From: the human T2T-CHM13v2.0 reference genome, Homo sapiens
Assembly (NCBI RefSeq): GCF_009914755.1
Contig: NC_060926.1
Length of the DNA stretch: 64,000 bases
Reading direction: 5' to 3' (one strand)
Part shown: one piece after another, positions 54,721-64,000 of the stretch
Position numbering within the stretch: position 1 is the stretch's first letter
Layout: every line of letters begins with the position of its first letter
Program-made: the position numbers and the translations under genes
Notes under the pieces: generated by a model
Told to the model about the DNA's origin: nothing
The model's input: the letters and a program-made list of their open reading frames with translations, nothing else
The model's database searches: none

Positions 54721-57429
54721 AATTTATGATGTTGACTATCGTTCTAAAGTAGGTCATAGTAAGATCTGTAAACCCCTTTTCCAGAAGACAAACATCCATA
54801 TGTTGCAAAAATAGAAGAGACTGTATAATGATTGCCACATTTCTATGAGACATTCCTTTGTCTAGAATTTACACTGATTTGTGGTTTAATAAAGCACAGT
54901 GAGGGACCTTCCCATTGAAACTATCTAAAATGACTTGTGATAGGTGGTGATGTCTCCACAGCCCATCATTTCTGCCCTAGGGCTCTTAATAAAAGAGGTC
55001 AAACACCTTGATTTCTTGCACAGTCACTTCACCATGGCCGTGGAGTTCTTGTGTGTTTGTGTGTGGTGGGGGAGGAGTTGGGAGTGGAGATGCAATCTGG
55101 AAGACCACTCCCTACCCACTTCCAACTCCTCCCCTCACCACACATAGGAATTTCTCATAGAAATATGGCAATCATTATATGGGGTCTGGGGGTATCTCTC
55201 ATCTTGACCAAGCTCTAAAACAATGTAGGCCCCAGGATAGGACTAATTTTTCTCCTGGTTGTATGCTGTGTTCAATGGTCCTCTGCTGAGATGGCAGGTG
55301 CCTTGTGTCTAGCTTGCTGTTAAGGGAGGAGTACAAGGCAACAATTATGGGGGTTGGGGGGTTGAGGTGGGGAGACACCAGAGTTAAAGTATCAAATTGG
55401 TATCTTGCCCTATCAGATTGTAGGCTGATTCTTATTTCCCTATCAAGATTGTGTCACTTTTTGGTGCCCTTCATTTTGTGTCCCTGCTTGCATTTTTTTT
55501 TCAGATAGCTTGTCAAAAACAGAACTCTTCAGAGTATCTATGTACGTGCATTGGTCTCTATATTGGCTTTCCATTTTCTTTCTACTTGAGATCATTTATG
55601 ATGATCTTGTCAACATTTTGCTTTGTAGAACCTCCAATCTTTTTTTAGCCATATTCCTTCTTAGTCTCAGGCAATGGATCGTGCCTCCATTTCTTTTAAA
55701 CATCCTTTGAGCTACTTCCCCAGGGAAGTCCCAGGAAATGTCTACCCACCAAAAATTCCTCCCCGTTCCTTAACATTATGTGACAGGGTCATTTTTCCTC
55801 ATGGCTTCTGTCTCTTCCATACCCCCAGCCAGTCTTTTATGCTGGCCAGAACCATGTTTGGCATAGCTGTTTTTCTCACTGTTTTCCCTACTTTAATGGA
55901 GGACAAATTGTCAATAAACTAAGCCAAGGATTTAATAGATACTCCCCTGTGGGAAGAATGGCACTTCTAGCAGAAGTATGAATTGCCAGCCCTCCATTAC
56001 TAAATATAACCTTGCCACAATGTCCTTCTGAATTTTACACAGAGTTTTATACCTTCTTGACATACTTCTTCCATTAGATTGATTTTCTGACCTAGATTTC
56101 CCTTCTAATGCCCCATTCCGCTTGACAGTTCTATCCTTTTGGGACTCCGTAACACCAATAGTATCACACATACTTTACTCCGTGGAAAGGTCAAGCTCAT
56201 TTTCTTTATTTAACCAGGTGGATTCTATGAAACTTATTTATTTCTATATGTCCAGCATTAACAAAGTACCTAGCACATGATAAATAGTCAATAAGAGCAA
56301 ATTGAATAAAAATAAGATGGTATAGATGCATATGAAAACTTAACTATTTTTGAAAACTCTTCCCCTAGCTGTATTTTCTTGAGAATAATTGGGCTCCTTT
56401 TTTTTGCTATTGTTCTTTTCTCTGTATGTCACAGACTTATGTTTAATGGGTTTTAGATCCTAGAACTTGAGTTTGCAGGCCGAATATGTGCTATGTGGGC
56501 TTACTAGGATTCAGAATTACCTTCTTGCTCTCTCTCAAAGAACAATATAGCATTGAGACTTGGTAAGCCATAAATAGAAAGCAAAGGGTGAAATTTCATT
56601 GTAAAACAGCAAAAAGAATCAGAATTCCCTTTATTCTTTTAGGGCAAAAGATCACTTCTTGCATTATTTGAAGGTGTCACATGAGAGACTTGCCTGCTTT
56701 TCAGAAGGCGGTATTGCATATTTGGGGCCGAAAGAAACAGGAGAGCAGAGGGGAAAGAGAAGTTTGAAAGCTCAGAGGTTTTATTCTAAGGTATAAGCAA
56801 GCTACTGTGGATGGTGTTCCTAAGAGAAACCCTCAAATAGCTTTTATAGGCAAACCAAGAAAAACTTAATTGAACATCCTAGAGAGTTGATTTTTCCCAC
56901 CTACAGAGATAAAAATGACATTGCAATGCAGAGGATAGGGCAAATCTTGGTTTAGGTTAAAAAAAGAGTAGTTAAGTCCTAAGAGAAAGGTCATATTTTA
57001 AAATAGGTTGAAGAATAAAAGAAAGACTGAAAAAAATGGAAATATGGCAAGTACTTGGGCAGGTGAACATGTTAAGAATACAATTTGTGGAGAGGGCACA
57101 CTACTTCTTTCTTGCTCCTCATTAGCACATTGTGGGATCAACTGTCCTGAAGAGTGACATATTTTTACAGACCAATTTTCCAGGAAAGCATTTGGTTTCC
57201 GTGCAAATAAATTAACGAATAAATTACTGGAAATACTTAAAAGGAAATCTCATGTGATTCAGAGTGAACTTAGAGATTCTTAAATGAAGAAACATCACCA
57301 TTGTGCCCATGCCAAGAGGGTGATAAGGATTATTCCTCTTTCTTCAACAATTTCTCTTTCACTTCCTGATTTCAGTGGTCATTGGCAGGGTGCAGTCTTT
57401 GCCTGTTGCTCTTCTCTCTTAACACACTT

Positions 57430-57590
57430 TATTTATTTATTCATTTTTGGTTTATTTTATTTTATTTTTTTTTGTAAAGACAGGGTCTCACTATGTTCCC
57501 AGTGATGGTCTCAAACCCCTGGCCTCAAGTGATTCTCCCGCCTCGGCCTCCCAAAGCACTGGGATTACAGGCATGAACCACCATGCCCAG
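57430..57590 (-). mobile_element. Alu monomer (FLAM-like)
   Basis: (TTTA)n tail plus a single left-type arm. Confidence 0.88.
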
Positions 57591-58257
57591 ATCACACTTA
57601 ATTTTAGAAGGCTCACTGTTGCCCATAAACTTTAGCACCCACCCCCTCTGTATAGATGACACCCAAGTCATTAACTCTAGTCAAGACTCACTGTCACCAC
57701 TTCCATCCCCATCACTGGATAATTCCACTTCAACATTGTGCCATGACCTCAGACTCCTCCACCAAAGTCACCATGTGCTCACAGCACATCCTACCATGTG
57801 AGCTTGCTCTCTGGCAGGTAGGGGAGACATCTAGAAGTAAATTGGTACACAAGGGACAGAGAGAAGACTTTGCCAGTTGCAGGCAGGGATGTATGTGACA
57901 CATGCAAGAATCTTCCTTTCTGCCTGGGAACAACTGCCTGTTCTGGCCTCTAATCCTGAGCCTTGGTGCAATTTCACCTTCCTGACTCTGATCTACTGGT
58001 TTCCCTTCTTACTTTGAGGACTGAACTCTGGCCTGTGTCCCTAGAATTAGCCCATTAGTCTGGCTCCTAATCCACATTTTGCTCATAAATCAGTAAGCTA
58101 CCATTTGTATGAAAAAAAGAGTGTACATGACTATAATTATAAGACACTTCTAGAAGGATACATGAGACATTAGTAAAAGTTGTTGCTTCTGAAGAAATAA
58201 ATTAGGTAGCTGGGGGCAAGGGGAGAGAGACTTACCTGTCAAGTAAACCTTACTCTT

Positions 58258-58395
58258 TCTCTCTCTCTCTCTCCATATATACATATGTATATATATACAT
58301 ATATATATACACATATATATATACACATATATATATACACATATATATACATATACACACATAAACATACATATATACACACACGTATATATATA
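58258..58395 (+). repeat. Compound (CT)n/(TA)n/(CA)n microsatellite within an old L1M fragment
   Basis: Directly visible dinucleotide runs. Confidence 0.9.
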
Positions 58396-58569
58396 AATTT
58401 TAAATTTTCATTTAAAAATTAAATGAAAAAGTATGCTGATCATCCTATGTTCTGTCAAAAAATATTTATTGATCATCTACATGCCAAACACTGTTGAATA
58501 AATAATGCTCTCCTAGTTATTATTCTAGTAAATAGAAATAGTTGATAAACAAGTAGATGAGAAGCTAAT

Positions 58570-59575
58570 TTCACCACCTCACACTCATCAGGATGGCTAC
58601 TATTAAAAAAAAAACAGAACTAAATAAATGTTGAGAAGGATGTGGAGAAATCAAAACCGTAATGCACTGATGGGAATGTAAAATGCTGCAGTAGTGTGAA
58701 GGCTCCTCAAAACATTAAAAATAGAATTACCATATGATCCAACAATTCAACGTCTGAGTATATACTCAAAAGAATTGAAAGTAGAGCCTCAAAGGGATAT
58801 TTGTACACCTATGTTTATGGCAGCATTATTCACAATAGCCAAAGGTGAAAGCAGCCCAAATGTTTATTGGCGGGTGAATGGATGAACAAAATGTGGTGCA
58901 TACATACCATGGAACACAATCCAGTCTTGAAGGCAATTCTGGCACCTGCTGCAACATGGTGCACCTCAAGGACATCATGCTAAGTGAAGTAAGCCAGTCA
59001 CAAAAAGAAAAATATCACATGATTCCACTTATATGAGGTACCTAGAGCAGCCAAATCCATAAAGACAAAAAGTATAGGAGTGGTTGCTAGGGGCTAGAAG
59101 GATTGGGAAATGGGGAGTTTTTGTTTAACGGGCACACAGTTTTGCAAGATGAAGAGTTCTCGAGATGGATGGTGGTGATGGTTGCGTAACAATGTGAATG
59201 TACTTATTGCCACTGAACCGTACACTCAGTTTTTCTTTCAGAGACAAGGTCTCACTCTGTTGCTCAGACTGGGGTGCAGAGGCACAATCATGGCTGACTG
59301 CAGCCTCAACCTCCTAGGTGCAAGCCGTCCTCCTACCTCAGCTACCTTAGCCTCCTGAACAGCTGGGCTCACAGGTGCATGCCACTGTGCCTGGCTAATT
59401 AAAATTTTATTTTTTGTATAGATGGGCTCTTGCCATGTTGCTCAGGCTGGTCTTGAACTCCTGGGCTCAAGCATTCCACCTGCTTTGACCTCCCAAAATG
59501 CTGGGATTACAGGTGTGAGCTACCACTGGCCTAAACTGTACTCTTAAAATACTTAAGATGGTATATTCTAAAAAA
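58570..59575 (+). mobile_element. L1MB-type 3' end with a nested Alu, sitting inside an L2 relic (58440-58570 and 59590-59880)
   Basis: TAGAATTACCATATGATCCAACAATTC...GATTCCACTTATATGAGGTACCTAGAG...GGTGATGGTTGC...AATGTACTT. Confidence 0.9.
59229..59531 (-). mobile_element. Alu (AluJ-type)
   Basis: Diverged antisense dimer; degenerate TSD CTGAACCGTACACTC/CTAAACTGTACTCTT. Confidence 0.94.
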
Positions 59576-60149
59576 AGTAATAAGCTAATTTTAAAGACAG
59601 TAAGTAGTTTGAGGAGAATAAACAAAGGTGACAGGACAGAGTGTAATGGGCTGGGCTATAAAGAGTGAGCAGAAGAGGCATCCTGAGGAGCTGGCATCTG
59701 AATGGGACCAGGAATAATGGGAATGAGCTGGCAAGAAGGTCCCGGGATGCAGAGGGCACAGCCGTGTAAAGACCCCCAGGTGGGAGAGAGCTTTCGTGTG
59801 CTGCAGCAACAGAAAGAAGGTCTGTGCAGCTGACACGTGCTGTAGGAGGCAGGGGAGGCAGAGCGTGTCCTTGCACAGGGGCAGTAAGCAGCAGTGCCAC
59901 TCTACAGTTCAAGTCAGCCAGCCATTGGTGTGAACAGACCACTCTGTCTCTTTCTTATGGCGCAATTCTAATTACTCTTCTAATTATTCTTATTACCCTA
60001 CCCTCTCTTTTAAGAGCCAAGATTGAAGTTTCTTTCGGATGAGATTTCTCAGGAGTGTCAAAGTAGGAAAGTATGGAAGCCTGAGGCCTGGGATGATCCC
60101 AAATGTCCAGAAATACAGGCATGTGCACCAATCCAACTAGGTTCTGATA

Positions 60150-60340
60150 TCAGAAAACCAGCTTTGGAGTTTAGGCCCAGTTAAATCTGACTTTAAACAT
60201 CCTTCACATCTTTGAAGCTCGGTTTCTCCATCTGTCAGATGGGAATCACGAGAATGTCTTCCTCACTGTGTTGCCGTGAAAATCATGTTAATCGTGGATA
60301 ACTAATTGTAAACTAGTGTTATTTACACATTAGTTGGTAT
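60150..60340. mobile_element. MIR fragment
   Basis: CTCGGTTTCTCCATCTGTCAGATGGGAAT core. Confidence 0.6.
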
Positions 60341-60422
60341 CATGCCACTGATTTTCTGGCTCTGTGGTGCTGCACTTTCCAGTGGTTCTAGCAATCTCAG
60401 AGATTATCAAAATAAAATTCAG

Positions 60423-60720
60423 GGCCTGGCATGGGGCTCACACCTGTAATCTCAGGACTTTGGGAGGCCGAGGCAGGCAGGTTGCTTGAGTCCAGGAATG
60501 CCAGACCAGCCTAGGCAACATGGTAAAACCCTGTCTCTACACAAAATACAAAAATTAGCCAGGCATGGTGGCACACAGCTGTAGTCCCAGCTACTCAGGA
60601 GGCTGAGTTAGGAGGATCACCTGAGCCTGGGAAGTCAAGGCTGGAGTGACCCATGATTGCATCACTGCACTCCAGCCTGGGTAGCACAGTGAGGCCTTTT
60701 CTCAAAAAAGAAAAGAAAAA
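60423..60720 (+). mobile_element. Alu (AluJ-type)
   Basis: Sense dimer; degenerate TSD AAAATT(C/A)AGG. Confidence 0.96.
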
Positions 60721-61409
60721 TTAAGGAACATTTTTGAAACAAAAGATGCAATGTGTGGGTTTGGAGAGTCCATGGCGAGGAGGAATGGCATGACATAAAA
60801 TACTGACTCTGGCAACTCTAGAAAGATGCAGTGCTTGGACCTTCCTAGAGCAGGAGAGTCTTCCTGGAGCAGACCCTGGGAGCACACACAGCAGCGATGA
60901 TGAAAGCCAGTGTGCCTGCCTGGTACAGCATCCTGAGATCATAGTGTACGGAAACCTGGGTCTCCACTTTTCTATGATTGTTGGTGACAGAGAAGAGAAA
61001 GACTTAAAAGAAAACAGCTGTTGAGGTGGCTTGAGTTCATTCAGAGAATAAATTTTAAATGTCCCAAAGAACTTCATAGATGAACTGAACTGAGAAATAT
61101 TAAGTAGGATGAATGGAAAACTCCCTTTAATCATGAACATTTTGACCACAGAATCATAATGTGCTTTGAGATTGGGCCGTGCTTTGGCAATCTTTCAACA
61201 TATTGCAAATGATATTCTCAAATGCTGTCTTTCCCCCTACCTAGGTAGCTGTTTGAACTTTGTACAGCATGAGCAAGTTATCATAAGACACATCTAAAAT
61301 ATTATCTGTGGAAAAATTTGCTTTGAGTAAAGCGTGGTTGGATACAGGGAGAACAACTTGTGTAAAGGATCCCTTCAAACAATGCATGTGGCTGCACATA
61401 GCTGATTCC

Positions 61410-61545
61410 TAATTAGAATGTAAATTCCACAAGGCAGGGACCATGTCTAGTTGGTCACGTTGTATCTCCAGGGCTTGTCAAGTGTCTGGCATATAGCAAG
61501 TTATCAATATTTTTGCAATAATAGATGAGTGAATAAATTAATGTT
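61410..61545 (+). mobile_element. L2 3'-end fragment
   Basis: TAGAATGTAAATTCCACAAGGCAGGGACC...TGTATCTCCAG...CTGGCATATAG...TGAGTGAATAAAT. Confidence 0.75.
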
Positions 61546-63419
61546 GTGGGTCTATCAGCAATTTCTCATCTTTGCCAACTTTAATGAAGAGTGATTTTTC
61601 TTTCCAAAATGGTAGTTCCAGTCATGAATCTATTGAATACACTGAATCATTTCAAAGGATGTTTGTTACTTTAATAGCACTTAATCAGGAAGCCGCCTCA
61701 GGGATTTTTGGGTTGCAAGGGAGAGGCTGAGTGCTGTGGGGAGGCGTAATAGTCTGATATTCCAACCCTCTTCCATCAGAAGAGCTGTTTTCAATTGCTT
61801 TGCACACTGGGAATCTCTTCAACTTTTAATTTAAAAGATTTTGACCACTAAAATAAAAATGTGAAAAACTTCTTTAGGTCACTGACACCAAATGATTTAA
61901 TAGGACCATAAGCAAATAAATACTTAATAAGAACCCTTGTAAGATGATGCATACATATATTTATATGGGAAACTGTGCAGCATTTTCTAAAACTTTCCTG
62001 CATCCCCCTTTTTTAAAAGGAACTTCGAACGACCAGATTACCTGATTGCACTCTGCTGACCCCTGGGAATTTTCTGGAGTTTTCTCTATTACTTCCCCCA
62101 ATAGGTCCTTTCCATCAAAAAATAACCTGTCATGAGTTCTCATTCCCTTATGAGCTACTCTTTATCTGATAACCATGAATGGTAATAGGTTTAACTAGTA
62201 CCACTAAATGTGCTAGTGGTCCAAAAACAACATCTTTACCAGAAAGCCCGTAAGAAGCAGTTCTTCTAAACCTGAGTCAGAAAAATATATGGGGCCAGTA
62301 GCTTTTCAGAGCTCTGAAATCATTCCAGTTGGTTAGTTGCTTAGAGTACACAGGGATAGCCTAAACTATGAAGCAATAATCTTCAAGGAATTACACTTCT
62401 ATATATACCTGACCCCTCTAACTACTCTACCATTGGAAGGAAAATGTTCTAATTAGAAATCTTTTGTACAAGTACATTCTCTCCTGTGGATTAAACCATT
62501 CCCTACATTTCTTTCTAAGATAAGCAGACCCACCTACTAACATTATGATTATTTCTGCCCAGATTATATAGTTCAGAAAAGGGTCTTCATAAAGTTTCCC
62601 AGGAAACTAAAATGTTGGCGAGATATCATTGGGAACAACATGAAAACGGTAGGCGGTGGGAGGAGGTGGAGAGAGAATTTTTAACAGGTTTTCAATGTAC
62701 TCAAAATAATACCCACTATACAGCTAACATTTTGTGAAGTTTGAAAAATAATCCACACAAGAGAAATGGTTAGAAACACACAAGGTGAAGGCAAATGCGA
62801 AATACTGCCAAGCAAAGGAGGCTGGCTGAACCCAGAAAACAGTAACACACAGACTCTGAGATATGAACCAGTGGAGCTAAATAGTAATTAGTGACTGGAT
62901 ATTGTGCAAAGACTTAATTAATATTCCTGTATTACAAAAGAGCACCTGCAAGGCATTGCACACTCAACCCGCTAATGAGCATGAATTCATGTTGGCCTAG
63001 TAAAAGAGTAAGAGAAATTGCTCCTGTCATTTGCTTTTAAGGTGGGTTGACAAATGAATGCTATGTTGTCTTTTTTTTTTTTTTTCCTAGCTGGGTGATT
63101 TCCCAGGCCTGTTAATCACATTCATCCTTGTAGATAGCATCTCTGACTCTAGAGGTTATCATCAGTATTTTTCTGTGAAGTATTTTACAAATCAGGGCAA
63201 GTAGATTTAATATTATTTCAACAAAAACTGAGGATCCTTTCACAGTGCAGGAAAAATTTCCTGACAATTAACATTTACAGGTAGTTGAACAAAAATCCAT
63301 TGATCATGAATTTGTTTTCAAATACAAGACACACTTGAAGTAGAAATCATCCTTTTATTTATCATTGGTGTCAAGGTTTAAAGGCATCAAAAGCCATGTA
63401 TATTTAATGCAAACATTAA

Positions 63420-63575
63420 TTTTTTTTTAAATTAGACTACAGAGTTTATTCAGATTTTACTACTTTTTCCATCTATGTCTGTTCCAGGATCCCATTCAGG
63501 TTACCACATTGCATTTAGTCATCATGTCTCCTTTGAATCCTCCAATCTGCTATAGTTTCTCAGCTTTTTCTTGTT
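63420..63575 (-). mobile_element. Old L1M fragment
   Basis: TTATTCAGATTTTAC...CTGTTCCAGGATCCCATTCAGG...CACATTGCATTTAGT. Confidence 0.6.
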
Positions 63576-64000
63576 TTAATTTAATGCACATACTAAAATT
63601 TGGTAAATTATCATTAAAAAGTTATCAACTTTGTTATTTATTTTTAATGGGCTTTGTTGTCATATGTTTAGCTACACTTAGCATAGTGTCTATTTTTAAC
63701 AAGTGAGAAAATGGGTTAAATGTTAACCATAACTGTATCGAACAACATTTTGTCAAATAAAAAAAAATGTAACTATTGTAGAAAAAAGCCATGGTGGTGA
63801 AAAGAAAGGAGATACAGAGGACTACAAATTCACTTATCTCCAAAATTAGCTTGGATTTGAAATAAACATTGTTTTTGTTTTAAAAAAAAAAAAAGGCAAC
63901 AAAAAGTAATCATCTAATAATCTAATCTACTTGGCTTAAACATTGCACTCTGTCTGAACCTTTGTGGGAATTATTTCTGCCTATAAATAAACTATTAAAC

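Noticed and set aside
58150-58380. ORF rich in Y/I/C/M
   Set aside because: Translation of a TA/CA microsatellite.
60895-60936. Box C (ATGATGA) and box D (CTGA) motifs suggesting a C/D snoRNA
   Set aside because: Only about 40 nt long, with no terminal stem and no recognisable guide sequence.
62041-62126. Minus-strand open segment LFFDGKDLLGEVIEKTPENSQGSAECNQ bounded by AG and GT
   Set aside because: The acceptor has no polypyrimidine tract and the peptide is not recognised.
63740-64000. Several AATAAA hexamers and A-tracts suggesting a 3' UTR
   Set aside because: AT-rich background makes these common, and no upstream terminal exon could be supported.

Overview
This window looks like primate (most likely human) non-coding genomic DNA, intergenic or intronic, and well over half of it is transposable-element relics. 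I count about 22 Alu copies or monomers, two long old L1 elements with 5' UTRs (minus strand 1-5465; plus strand 21834-28362 with an internal deletion), several other L1M fragments, MaLR/ERVL/ERV1 solo LTRs, hAT DNA-transposon relics (MER3, MER5, MER58A, MER1B, MER63) and MIR, L2 and CR1/L3 fragments. I recognise no intact protein-coding gene, tRNA, rRNA or CRISPR array. Nearly all ORFs in the supplied track are Alu or L1 translations or chance ORFs. The items most worth checking are two candidate minus-strand micro-exons near 6.25-6.8 kb, an unidentified degenerate coding-like relic at 38.4-39.05 kb, an unexplained 34-bp inverted repeat pair at 54.8-55.2 kb, several transcription-factor motif clusters, and multi-level element nesting with Alu-associated deletions. 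Repeat family names come from my recall of consensus sequences and need RepeatMasker/Dfam confirmation. I found no well-supported novel biological system.
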